A DNA stretch of 64,000 bases from an uncultured cyanobacterium (GTDB lineage Bacteria; Cyanobacteriota; Cyanobacteriia; Phormidesmidales; Phormidesmidaceae). Made by a program: the position numbers and the translations under genes. Within the stretch, counting starts at the first letter, position 1; each line of letters begins with the position of its first letter. The stretch lies in NCBI GenBank assembly GCA_963793265.1, contig CAWBZI010000004.1, forward strand, positions 352,001 to 416,000, written 5' to 3'. Below, in pieces: positions 39,061 through 49,500 of this stretch. Below the pieces are notes generated by a model. The model was not told the origin of the DNA. It did not search any database and saw only the letters and a program-made list of their open reading frames with translations.

Positions 39061-39249
39061 ATGTATTTACTCGCGCAAGAAGCAGCCGTTCCTTACTCTT
39101 TGGTTTTGACTATCGTTGGCGTCGTTGGATTTGCCGCCGCTGTTGGCCTGGGCTCTATCGCCTGGTACAACTCCAAACGCCCTGCGGGCTGGGAAGGCAA
39201 AGAGCGGCCTGATGTCGTGCCCAAAATTGATAAAAACTCAGATTCTTAA
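39061..39249 (+). CDS. psb35: Photosystem II assembly protein Psb35
   Basis: Single TM followed by GSIAWYNSKRP.GWE.KERP. Confidence 0.75.
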   Translation: MYLLAQEAAVPYSLVLTIVGVVGFAAAVGLGSIAWYNSKRPAGWEGKERPDVVPKIDKNSDS

Positions 39250-39345
39250 GCACAGCTTCTAGTCTGACTTGGCACAACGGGCAAGCTCACCTGAAAATAA
39301 TAGCGGTACGGTAGATACCTGAAGATCTGGCTAACGGAGGAAATT

Positions 39346-40347
39346 GTGCTAGAGAGCAATGTTCAATGCCGGAGATGGCAAGCGGGTGTGATAGCCGCAT
39401 TTGTGTCTTTAGGGCTATCGGGCTGTCGTAGCGGTTCTGTTGAGCCAAAGGTATTGCTGCGCCCGGCCTATGCAAACTTAGAAGAACTTTTTCAAACAGA
39501 GATCATTAATATCGGTTTAGAAGAACTTGGCTATGAAGTGCTCTCTGGTTCAGAAGTAGAGTACGACATTATTCACAAGGCGATCGCTAACCGCTATCTA
39601 GACTTTACAACAGTGCACTGGAATCCTTTGCACAATGACTTTTTTGAGGGAAATGGCGGCGAAGAAACCATGGCGCGAGTCGGCACCTTAATTGAAGATG
39701 CAACTCAGGGCTATTCGATTGATCAAAAGACGGCTAGACAGTACCAGATCACTAATTTGGAGCAGTTGAAAGGGGCTATAATTGCAGCTCAGTTTGATAC
39801 CGATGGTGACGGTAGAGCAAATCTGATCGGATGTCCGCCTGGCTGGGCCTGCCGCGATGTCATTGAGCATCATCTGGATGCTTATGGGCTAAGAGAAACC
39901 GTTGAGCATGACAACGACAACTATTTTGCTCAAATATCAGCTGCGATTAGGGCTCAGGCGGCGGGCGAATCCGTCCTTTATTACTCGTGGACGCCGCTAT
40001 GGGTCAGCAACGTGCTTGTCCCTGGTGAGCAGGTGGAGTGGCTAGAAGTCCCCTATACAGCGCTTCCTGATAGCTACGCAGATGAGACAAGCACAATAAT
40101 CGATGGCAAAAACTTAGGTTTTGCCATCAATCAAATTGAAGTATTAGCAAACAGAGAATTTCTCGAGGAGAATCCTACCGCAAGAGAATTTTTTGAAGCT
40201 GCCCAAATTCCTATCGAAGCGGTTAGTCTGCAAAACCAAAGAATGCACAGTGGCGAAAATACGCCTGCCGATATTAGGCGTCATGCTGAAGAATGGATTG
40301 CTGACAACCAGGATACATTTGATAGCTGGGTAGCCCGCTCGCGGTAG
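39346..40347 (+). CDS. proX: Glycine betaine/proline ABC transporter substrate-binding protein (orphan)
   Basis: Lipobox LSGC, EELFQT.I...GLEELGY, FDTDGDGRANL.GC.PGW.C, YSWTP.W. Confidence 0.85.
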   Translation: MLESNVQCRRWQAGVIAAFVSLGLSGCRSGSVEPKVLLRPAYANLEELFQTEIINIGLEELGYEVLSGSEVEYDIIHKAIANRYLDFTTVHWNPLHNDFFEGNGGEETMARVGTLIEDATQGYSIDQKTARQYQITNLEQLKGAIIAAQFDTDGDGRANLIGCPPGWACRDVIEHHLDAYGLRETVEHDNDNYFAQISAAIRAQAAGESVLYYSWTPLWVSNVLVPGEQVEWLEVPYTALPDSYADETSTIIDGKNLGFAINQIEVLANREFLEENPTAREFFEAAQIPIEAVSLQNQRMHSGENTPADIRRHAEEWIADNQDTFDSWVARSR

Positions 40348-40365
40348 GGGCACCCAAAAGATCGC

Positions 40366-41241
40366 CTAGTTAGACATCTGCCCGCCTGTCACATCAACCA
40401 GCGCGCCTGTCATAAAGCTGCTGTCTTCTGCCGCTAAAAAGACGTAGGCCGGAGCCAGTTCTTCTGGCTGACCTGCCCGGCTCATTGCGTTGTCGCTGTC
40501 GTACTCAGCAACTTTCTCTTCAGGCATCGTCGCTGGAATATTAGGCGTCCATACGGGGCCAGGCACCACCGCGTTCACGCGAATCTTTTTATCGGCCAAA
40601 TTTTGCGCCAAAGACTTTGTAAATGTATGTACCGCGCCCTTGCTCGAAGAGTAGTCCAGCAGCATTCCCTTACCAATTTTGCCGACAATAGAGCCTGTGT
40701 TGATAATCACGTTGCCTTCCTTGAGATGAGGATAGGCAGCCTTGAACATATGAAAGTAGCCGAAAATATTGGTTTCAAATGTCTCGTGAAACTGTTTGAT
40801 TGTGAGATCGGCCAGGTCTTTTTGAACCATCTGAAAGGCCGCGTTGTTCACTAAAATGTCGAGCTTGCCAAATTCATCAATTGTCTGCTGAACGGCGTTT
40901 TCACACTCTTCAGGCTTGCGCACGTCCATTTTGATTGGCAGACACTTACCGCCGCGCTCTTCGACCATGCTTTTGGTCTTTTGCGCGTCGTCATCGCTGG
41001 CGTTATACAAGATAGAGACATTCGCGCCTTCCATGGCATAGGCAATCGCAACTGCCCGGCCAATGCCCGAGTCTCCGCCCGTAATAATCGCCACTTTATC
41101 GGTCAGCTTACCAGCGGGCTTGTAGTTAGACAAATCGCTATCTGGCGCGATATTCATGTCTTCCTGGCTAGCGGGGTAGGCCAGCGTTTGGCCGTCCATA
41201 TCTTCAGGCTTGGGTCTGCGTTCTTGCTTACTTGCGGTCAT
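40366..41241 (-). CDS. SDR oxidoreductase, general-stress YdaD/YghA-like
   Basis: YKPAGKL, ITGGDSGIGRAVA, NNAAFQ, YSSSK, PGPVWTP, RAGQPEELAP. Confidence 0.9.
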   Translation of the reverse strand: MTASKQERRPKPEDMDGQTLAYPASQEDMNIAPDSDLSNYKPAGKLTDKVAIITGGDSGIGRAVAIAYAMEGANVSILYNASDDDAQKTKSMVEERGGKCLPIKMDVRKPEECENAVQQTIDEFGKLDILVNNAAFQMVQKDLADLTIKQFHETFETNIFGYFHMFKAAYPHLKEGNVIINTGSIVGKIGKGMLLDYSSSKGAVHTFTKSLAQNLADKKIRVNAVVPGPVWTPNIPATMPEEKVAEYDSDNAMSRAGQPEELAPAYVFLAAEDSSFMTGALVDVTGGQMSN

Positions 41242-41309
41242 TACAATTCACGGGGTTATCGTTTGTGCAAAGGGGTTTACCCCGAGCTTTGTGAAGCAAA
41301 AAGTGGGGC

Positions 41310-41352
41310 AAAAAAGAAGCCAAACAAACCCCTGGTGACAGGTTTGTTTGGC
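41310..41352 (-). terminator. Intrinsic terminator after ORF 41406
   Basis: GCCAAACAAACC-10-GGTTTGTTTGGC followed by TTCTTTTTT on the minus strand. Confidence 0.75.
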
Positions 41353-41405
41353 CGTTGCTCTAATTGGGCTAAAACTTTGGGGGTTAGAACCCTAAGAGCA
41401 AAACT

Positions 41406-41603
41406 CTAGCGAGCTTCGGTACCTTGATTTGGGCTACCTGCAACCGTGCCATCGTTGCCGGGTGCTTCTGGAGCCGCGCCGTCTCTAACGTCTGTGTTAG
41501 AGCCCTGACCCGTTTTACGCGTCTTAGGGTTAACGGTCGTTTGCTTACCGCTAACGTCAAGATCAACGTCTTTGTTCTCTTTGTTTTCTGCTTTTTCAGC
41601 CAT
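41406..41603 (-). CDS. Small hydrophilic, probably disordered protein
   Basis: GAGGA RBS, 65 aa rich in G/D/E/K/N, own terminator. Confidence 0.65.
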   Translation of the reverse strand: MAEKAENKENKDVDLDVSGKQTTVNPKTRKTGQGSNTDVRDGAAPEAPGNDGTVAGSPNQGTEAR

Positions 41604-41812
41604 GTGAGGAGTCCTCTTAATTTACCAAACGGCGATCGCACCTTAAAAAATAAAGTTCGAGGCGAATCACCGACCTCAATACAGTAGAAAAAATGTAGAA
41701 CAACAGATTCCTCCTACGGTCACAAACTGCAACCGTAGCATCCACGCCCAAAGAATGACTTTACGCAAATTACGCACACCAACTAAGCCCCGATAGCGCG
41801 CCCCGATTGCGA

Positions 41813-43009
41813 CTAGCCTGAACAGCGTTGATTGCCAGGTTCTGCCAAACCCCAAGTTCTCACCGTGCCGTCAAAGCCGCCGCTCACGACAGAGGAGCCG
41901 CGATCGGTGAAATCTACGCTGTAGACGAAGCCTGAATGACCGCTAAGCGTGCAGAGTTCGCGTCCACCTGCTCTGTTCCAAAGCTTGATCGTTTCGTCGT
42001 AGCTGCCGCTGGCAAGCGTTTTGCCATCCGGGCTAAAGGCCACATCAGCGACGACAAAGTTATGACCTGAAAGCGTTTGCTCGGGCTTGCCGGTTTCTAG
42101 ATTCCAAATGCGAATGAGGTTGTCGTAGCTGCCGCTGGCAACGTATTGTCCATCTGGACTAATGGCGATGCTGGCAATACGGTCGGAGTCGCTAGTGAGC
42201 GTCAGCGTAGGCTCGTTTCTTTCAAGATCCCAGACTTGAATGGTGCCGTCATGATCGCCGCTAATCAGGAGGTTGCTATTCGTAGGATGGAAAGCTAAAG
42301 CATCAACTTGAGGGCCTATCTCAGCGAGCAGTGTGCCCCTGAGGCTGGTTTGGCTTTGCTGCGCTGCAACCTCTGCGACGGGCCAAATTTTGATCGAACC
42401 GTTGCTGCTACCGCTGGCAAAATAAGCGCCGTCTGGGCTGGCCGCTATGCTCATGATTCGGCCTGCATTATCGGCAATCGTGGTGATGACCTCGCCCGAG
42501 ACGGCATTCCACAGCTTAATTTCGCCTGAGCCACTGCCGGTCACTAACTGTTGCTCAGCGCTGCTGTTAGCAATATCTGTATCAGTCTCAGAATTAGGAA
42601 TAAAGGCAAGGCTATTAACACGACCGCTGTGAGGGAGCGATCGCACCTCAAATCTCATACCGCCTGCGCGATCGCCCGTGCTCCAAACCTTTACCGTATT
42701 GTCATAGCTACCGCTGGCAATTAGCGAGCTGTTGGGTGACTTGGTGGGGGCTGACACGCTCAGAACGGTGGCATTGTGAACCCCTAAAACGGTTGATGAT
42801 GAAGGGCCAGTTGACTGCTTAGGCGGTGCGTCAGATGCGATCGCAGCTCTGCTGCTAATTTCTAGCTCTCGACCCGTTGAACCATCGGCAAAATTAGGCT
42901 CTCTACCCATGCGATCGGAAGCGAGAAGAATAGCACTACAGACGCCGACGATAATACCGGCGGTTGCCAGTACTGCTGCGATAGGAAAAAGGTTTCTATT
43001 ATTTTGCAT
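41813..43009 (-). CDS. WD40 repeat protein with N-terminal membrane anchor
   Basis: About 7 repeats such as ASGSYDNTVKVW, GH...V..VAFSPDG; N-terminal hydrophobic segment. Confidence 0.92.
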   Translation of the reverse strand: MQNNRNLFPIAAVLATAGIIVGVCSAILLASDRMGREPNFADGSTGRELEISSRAAIASDAPPKQSTGPSSSTVLGVHNATVLSVSAPTKSPNSSLIASGSYDNTVKVWSTGDRAGGMRFEVRSLPHSGRVNSLAFIPNSETDTDIANSSAEQQLVTGSGSGEIKLWNAVSGEVITTIADNAGRIMSIAASPDGAYFASGSSNGSIKIWPVAEVAAQQSQTSLRGTLLAEIGPQVDALAFHPTNSNLLISGDHDGTIQVWDLERNEPTLTLTSDSDRIASIAISPDGQYVASGSYDNLIRIWNLETGKPEQTLSGHNFVVADVAFSPDGKTLASGSYDETIKLWNRAGGRELCTLSGHSGFVYSVDFTDRGSSVVSGGFDGTVRTWGLAEPGNQRCSG

Positions 43010-43471
43010 TGTCAATGCCAGGTGCAAAAAGCAGCGCTGGGTGCTCCCGATGTATTTACTTAAGCTATTTATTTAGGCCATTAATTTAATTCATGGCTCA
43101 CAGTTGGCTCACAGTCCTAAAGCCTCTGAATCTAAAGACTCTGCTCCGACTCGGAAAGTGCCGCAGGCCCAAGCAAACCTACCTATACTTAAGCTACACC
43201 TCAATTCAGTAGAAGCCCTGACTTTCATTGCTGTAATTCGTAAAAAGATTACCAAAAGTTATGAAGAGTTTGTAGGGTGCTAGGTAATATCCCCATGAAA
43301 GTACTTGGTTCGTGCTTAGCCAACGGCTTCAGTGCTGGCTTCAAGTCTTTACTCGTGCCGAAATGAAGCCGCTGGCATGTGATCGGTAGACGGATGAAAT
43401 CTATCAACATTTGCTGCTAAGGTTTCAGGTAATAGAGATGTTCTTACTACGAAATACCCACCAAATAACCT

Positions 43472-45106
43472 ATGAGGCTTGTTAGCGATCCGGCGATCGC
43501 CACTAAAATTGCTCGGATGAAACAGCGGGTTCGCTGGCGACATCCCCTGGTCACTCAGCGAAATATTGACCAGACGCGACTCGTGCTGCCCTCTGAAGGC
43601 AACAGCCAGAGTGAAACTCAGAAGGGTGGTCAGGACTTTTCTTTTTTGGTGATTGGTGATAGCGGTACGAGCCGTCATCTGCGCGATCGCCCCCAAAGGC
43701 GGGTAACTAAGCGGTTGCTAGAGCACGAGCAAGACTGTGACTTTGTTTTGCACACGGGCGACGTTGTATACCTCAGCGGATCGAGCGAGCAGTATCCTGA
43801 TAATTTCATTCGGCCCTACCGCGAATTTTTGGTGAACGGCGATCGCCCTGACAAAATTCGATACGACAAAATGACGTTTAACAAGCCGTTTTTGCCGGTG
43901 CTAGGCAATCACGACTACTACGATCTGTCGCTAGCGGCAGGCACGTTGAGCAAGGTTTTGACACCGCTGCGTCGGCTGCTGCACAAGCGAATTAACTTAG
44001 ACATTGGTTGGCACGGCTCTTTTCAGGGCGAAGGGTTTGCTAAAGCGTTTCTAGACTGCTTAGAGTTTGTGGGCTCTGCGCAAATTGCCGGACATTTAGA
44101 CCGGCACTATACGGCTGAGACTAAAACGGGGCGATCGCTAGCCTACCAGCCCGGCAAATTCACTCGTTTGCCCAATCGCTACTACACCTATCGCAGAGCA
44201 GGCGTTGATTTTTTTGCGCTCGATAGCAATACGTTCAATGAACCTCAGCCTTTGCCTAATACCGAAGCAGGCCGAGAGCAGCGTAAGCGAATTAAGGAAT
44301 ATAAAGAGAAGCTAGAAGAGAGAATTCAGTCGCTTCAGCTAGAGTCGGCAACGCTGGATATGGCAATTTCTGACCAGGCTGAGCGTGCTACTAGCATCTA
44401 CGCCAAAGTAGAGCAGCTTGAAGAGCAAATTAACGATATTGACAAGCAGCTTAACGCCTCACCGCAAGGGGTCACTGTCGATACTGAGCAGCTAAACTGG
44501 CTACGCGATCGCCTGATTGCCTCCTGGCAAGACCCCACCGCCAAAGGCCGCGTCCTCTACTTTCATCATCCGCCCTACGTCACTGAAAAAACCAAGTGGT
44601 TCCAGGCGCAGACCCTTGCGGTTAGATTTCATATTCGCCGGGTGCTAGATGATGTGCAGGCGGCAGTAGGAGAAATCGCAGGCGATCGCCCGCTGGTGAA
44701 CTTGGTGCTGAGCGGTCATGCCCATTGCTTTGAGTATTTGACGACGCAAGAGACGGGGCATGGCGATCGCAATATTCCCTGGATTGTGTGCGGCGGCAGT
44801 GGCTTTAGCCTGCGCAGGCAGCGGAAGGAAGGGGCCGTGCTAGAGGAATTTGGTGAGGCGATCGCTAAATGTCATCTCTTTTTAGGTCGCTCTGGCAGTG
44901 GCAGCAAAAAGCGTCGTCCTTACTCTGCGCTGCGTGTTGATGTGAAGTACACAGACGGGGCCGCGCTCCCTGAGTTTGTGCTGCGACCTCTGGTGGCCGA
45001 GCGCTATCAGGGCGACTGGACGAATTACGACATCGATCCGATTGTGGCAGGCTCGGAAGACGTGCCTGCCGACGCGCAGCCCGTTGTTGCAGAGCTGAGT
45101 TCTTAA
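43472..45106 (+). CDS. Calcineurin-like metallophosphoesterase with a coiled-coil insert
   Basis: GDSG, HTGDVVY, GNHDYY, HHPP, SGHAH motifs. Confidence 0.9.
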   Translation: MRLVSDPAIATKIARMKQRVRWRHPLVTQRNIDQTRLVLPSEGNSQSETQKGGQDFSFLVIGDSGTSRHLRDRPQRRVTKRLLEHEQDCDFVLHTGDVVYLSGSSEQYPDNFIRPYREFLVNGDRPDKIRYDKMTFNKPFLPVLGNHDYYDLSLAAGTLSKVLTPLRRLLHKRINLDIGWHGSFQGEGFAKAFLDCLEFVGSAQIAGHLDRHYTAETKTGRSLAYQPGKFTRLPNRYYTYRRAGVDFFALDSNTFNEPQPLPNTEAGREQRKRIKEYKEKLEERIQSLQLESATLDMAISDQAERATSIYAKVEQLEEQINDIDKQLNASPQGVTVDTEQLNWLRDRLIASWQDPTAKGRVLYFHHPPYVTEKTKWFQAQTLAVRFHIRRVLDDVQAAVGEIAGDRPLVNLVLSGHAHCFEYLTTQETGHGDRNIPWIVCGGSGFSLRRQRKEGAVLEEFGEAIAKCHLFLGRSGSGSKKRRPYSALRVDVKYTDGAALPEFVLRPLVAERYQGDWTNYDIDPIVAGSEDVPADAQPVVAELSS

Positions 45107-46248
45107 CTCTCAGACGTAGACCGGTGGCGGGTTCGCGAAAATGCGATCGCCGCGCCGCTCAGTGCCAGCATTCCCAGTACGCCAGTGGGCTCAGGGACGC
45201 TGACGCCATCAGGAGGTGTGGGTGCCTCTGGCGACTCATCTAACGCGGCTAAAGCTGCTTGGGCGATCGCCGCATGACCTGCTGTGGTGGGGTGAACGTT
45301 GTCCCAAAAGAAAAATTCGTTCGGGTTGTCGCAGATGCCCGTGAAGGTTCCATCTGGCTGAAAGTCAGTGAGGCAGGGATCGTCTATATTGGCGAATCCA
45401 AAGCTGTCTGGATCGGCTGCGATCTCTGCTACGGCAGCGGCTAAGTCGAACTGAATAATTTCAGTGCCAGAGGCCGCTGCTAAAGCTGTTAGCTTTTGGT
45501 CGAGTAGTTGATTATGCTGAGCAGCAAGCCTAGTAAGAATCGTAGCGCTCTGGGTGTTTACCTGGGGGTTTAGCTGATTGAGCTGGTCGGCAAAAGGCTG
45601 AAATCCTAGATCAGGCAGGTTGCTGACCAAAAAACTATCGGCCCCGGTGCTGATAAGCGCGGCTACTGCGCTAACGATGTTGTCGGTGACCTGATCGGGC
45701 AGCGTTTGAATATAAGCTGCTACGCTGGGTCTGATAATGGCTTCGTTATAGTCGTTGCCACCCGCCAAAAGTACGTTGAGCGCATTAGGACTCGAACTGG
45801 TACTCGGAGGCACAACGGCAGATAGCGCGCCGAATGTTTCGATTTGCTGCTGAAGTCCGGGTAGGGGAGGGCCGCCCACGTTTTGGTCGGAGCTAAAGCT
45901 GCCGCCGACTGCGAAGTTGATCCCGCCTGCCGGGGGCGAGGTTACGCCTGCAAATATTCCTGGCACGACAGCCGTCGATAGTTCGCTGGTAATGCCTAGC
46001 TCTGCGCCGACCTGCTCTACCCAAACGGGGCCGTTTGAGAGCCTTTGCGCGTAGGGTGGTGAAGGGGGAAATGCGCCGCTTGTGAGGTTGAAGATGTTGC
46101 CCGCATCGACTAGGCTATCGCCGAAAACGTTGATTTGTTCGTAGTTTTGAGCGATCGCACTCAAAGGCAGCAGAACGCTAACTGCCAAACTACCTGCTAG
46201 CATTCCAACGGCTGAAAACGTCCGCCTTGTAAAACCTGATCCACGCAT
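45103..46248 (-). CDS. SGNH/GDSL hydrolase with PEP-CTERM sorting signal
   Basis: FGDSL, SNGPVW, GGNDY, WDNVHPT; C-terminal VPEP, TM and basic tail. Confidence 0.92.
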   Translation of the reverse strand: MRGSGFTRRTFSAVGMLAGSLAVSVLLPLSAIAQNYEQINVFGDSLVDAGNIFNLTSGAFPPSPPYAQRLSNGPVWVEQVGAELGITSELSTAVVPGIFAGVTSPPAGGINFAVGGSFSSDQNVGGPPLPGLQQQIETFGALSAVVPPSTSSSPNALNVLLAGGNDYNEAIIRPSVAAYIQTLPDQVTDNIVSAVAALISTGADSFLVSNLPDLGFQPFADQLNQLNPQVNTQSATILTRLAAQHNQLLDQKLTALAAASGTEIIQFDLAAAVAEIAADPDSFGFANIDDPCLTDFQPDGTFTGICDNPNEFFFWDNVHPTTAGHAAIAQAALAALDESPEAPTPPDGVSVPEPTGVLGMLALSGAAIAFSRTRHRSTSES

Positions 46249-46442
46249 AAAAATACCTTATATGTAAATTCTATTTTCTTAGCAAAGCGTCCTATATGAC
46301 CCATACGCATAACTCGCGCATGATTTGCTAAAAATATGCACCGACCCAGGAGGGTATGGCCCACTTATAGAATTGATTAGGTACTGTGTTCAACTAAGTT
46401 TCCGTAATTACCGCAAACCTTCACATAAACTTGCTTTAAAGC

Positions 46443-46486
46443 AAAAATGCTGGCGAAAGCAGCGCCTTACGCCACTCTCACCAGCA
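46443..46486 (-). terminator. Intrinsic terminator of the giant surface protein gene
   Basis: Minus strand TGCTGGTGAGAGTGGCG-taagg-CGCTGCTTTCGCCAGCA followed by TTTTT. Confidence 0.65.
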
Positions 46487-46510
46487 GTCCGTTTGTCCTA
46501 GAATTTTTTC

Positions 46511-49500
46511 TTAGACAGTTGTCAATGCAGCTAAATCCCCTCTAAACCCAGTAATTTCAATCAAACCATCCTGACTAGCTAGGTAGCCATCTTGGCTGTC
46601 GTTAATTGCTAGGAATGTGCGCTGACCCAAGGTGAAGGTCGCAGCTTCATCAGCGGCGAAAGCGGTTTCTGTGAGTAGCGCCTGTAGGTCAAATTCGGTC
46701 AGGTCACTGACCTCGCCTAGCTGACTAATCTCCTCGGCAGATAGTGCATTTTGAGTATCAAGGCGGTCTTTGCCAATATATAGATCGGTGATGACATCAA
46801 AGCCTGTGAGCTGAGAATCCGTCAGTTCTGTAATCCTAAAGGTATCGCTGCCAATCCCACCCGTCATGGTGTCAGCCCCGCCCCGACCATCCAGAACGTC
46901 GTTGCCTTTGCGACCGTCTATTGTGTCATCACCCTCAAAGCCGATCAAGATGTTTCTAGCATCGTTGCCATAAAGCCCATCGTCAAATTGGGAGCCCAGC
47001 ACTTTTTCAATACTAACGAGGGTGTCGTTACTCCCCTGACTATCGAAAGCAAAACCATTAGCTAAGTCAACGACAACCCCGCCAGCAGCCCGAGAATAGT
47101 TAACAGCATCTACGCCGCCAGCCCCATCTATAAAGTCATTGCCAGATAGGCCAATCAGCATATTGTTGTGCTCGTCGCCGATCAGGGTGTCATCAAAGTT
47201 TGAGCCGGTAAGGCGCTCAATACTGATAAGCCGATCGCCTTGAGCCTCGCCACCCGATCCGACTGCAAATCCATCTTCTAAGGTAATAGAAACGCCTTCA
47301 CTAGAGCTGGCGTAGCTCGCCATATCCTTGCCCTCGCCACCATCAATCACATCTGCACCCTGCCCACCGAAGAATCGATCGTTCCCTTCGCTGCCTTCTA
47401 GGTAGTCGTCACCAAAGTTACCTCTGAGTACATCGTTACCTTCTCTTCCTATAATCAAATCCGCTTGCCCTTTGCCCTTTAAGATGTCGTTACTAGCAGT
47501 ACCTTCTATCGTGTTGAAGTTTGGCGCTTCAGGAACATCTGTCACGTTGATATTGACGGATCGGACGGCTGAAGTGTCTTCGCCGTCTGAAACGATGAGG
47601 TCTAGTCTGTACTCCTGCTGAGTTTCGTAGTCTAGTAGGGTTTCGTTGGTCAGCGCGATCGCACCTGTCGCCGCATCAATCGAAAACACCGACTGGCCGC
47701 TACCGCCAATAATTTCCCAAGCTTGCAAATTATCGTACTCAGCATCTTCAGCATAAGCTAAGCCGATAACCGTTCCATTCAAGCTATCCTCAGCAATTTC
47801 AAACGTCTGATAGTCATAAATCTCAGGCGCATCGTTAACTGCGACAACCTTAATCAACACCTGATCGGTGTCTATAAGTGGCGGTGCGCTGCCGTTGTAG
47901 CTGCTTGATATGATAGTTAGCGTGTCAGTACCGCTAAACTCAGGGTTTCCTTGATAGGTAAGCGTAGCTAACGTTTCATTAATAGCGTCCTGACTACCAC
48001 CTAAGACCATACTGCTAGTATTATTTTCGCCATGATAAAGAAAAGTGTCACCGACTAAATCCACTGAGAGCGTACCATTCTCAACCCAAATTTCTGTTCC
48101 TTCTAAATCACCGTCAGCATCACTTACGCCGATGCCTTCAAGCAAGAGTTCAGTATCCTCCTCTACTGTCAGCGGCTTGAATAGAACAAGATCATCAAAC
48201 GAAGTATATCTGCTTGTAAACTCAAGGCTGCTGAGGTTTGTAAATCCATCTAACACCACTAGCTCTTTCTCAAAAGCCCTAGATGTTGTGTAGCTTTGAG
48301 TAATTCTACTGCCATCAGCAAACATGCCTGTAAAAGTTAGCGTTTGAGAATCAACATCCTCATAATCTTCTGAGACATAGATCGAGGCGGCATCAAAGCT
48401 ACTACCATCTATTGCCTCTACATATACAACAGAAGGTTCATATGGTTGAGTGTTGCTCACCATATTGAATGCAGGTGATTCACTAAAAGATCCCCAACGC
48501 GTCTCGAAGTAAAAACCACTTTCTTCGTAGATGTAACCGTCACTAGCGCCGCTGAAGCTAATTAACGTAGGATTAGATGGCAGCGTATTGACTGGTGCTG
48601 TATCTACAAAGCGAGACACGTCAATGAGGAGTTCGTCGGTATCGGTAAGCTGTAGTCCTGAACTATCTGTAGAGGCAATTATGAGCCTTTCTGTACCCTC
48701 GAAGCCTAAGTCACTACGATAGGTAAGCGTAGCTAGGGCAGCATTAATTTCACTTTGACTGCCGCCTAGAGCAAAGCCGCGGGAGTTATTTTCGCCATCG
48801 ATAATAGTTGCGCCCCCTGACAAATCGACCCCGAGCGTACCGTGCTGAACCGAGAGTTCGGTGCGCTCTAGGTCACCGTCTATATCGCTAACGCTAATGC
48901 CTTCAATGACAGCTTCAGCGTTTTCTTTCACCTTTAGCGGTGCAACTAAAACGAGATCGTCAAACGCAGTAGAATCGGTTGTAAACTCAAGCTCTCTTAA
49001 GTCAGTAAATCCGTTCAGCGTTACCAGCTCTTTTTCAAAGTTTTCAGGCGTCGTATAGTTTCCAGGTGCCGTGTTGTTCTCAGTGGTCGTATAGGTTTGG
49101 GAAACAATATCGCCATTAGCGCGTATCCCTCTAAATTCCATCGTTCGAGGCCAACTATAGGCATCTAGCTCTGAGACAAAAATAGAGGCGGCATCGAAGC
49201 TACTACCGTCCATCGCACTTACTCGTACGTTAGAGTACGTGCTGTCAGTACTGACCATATTGAACGCGCTAGCTCTAACAAAGCCGTTCCAGTTTGTCTC
49301 AAAGAGAAAGCCATTTTCTGCGTACACATTAGTGCCGATGGCATTGCTAAAGTCAATGAGCGTGGCTGTAGACGGCAGCGTATTGACGGGCGCTGTTTCT
49401 GTTAGGTAAGACACGTCAATGAAGCGTTCGTCTGTATCAATAAACCGTGATTCTGAACTATCTTCGGAGAAGACAGTAAGCCTCTCTGTGCCCAAAAAGC

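Noticed and set aside
43145..43175. GGAAAGTGCCGCAG resembling part of RNase P RNA
   Set aside because: Other conserved rnpB elements are absent; chance match.
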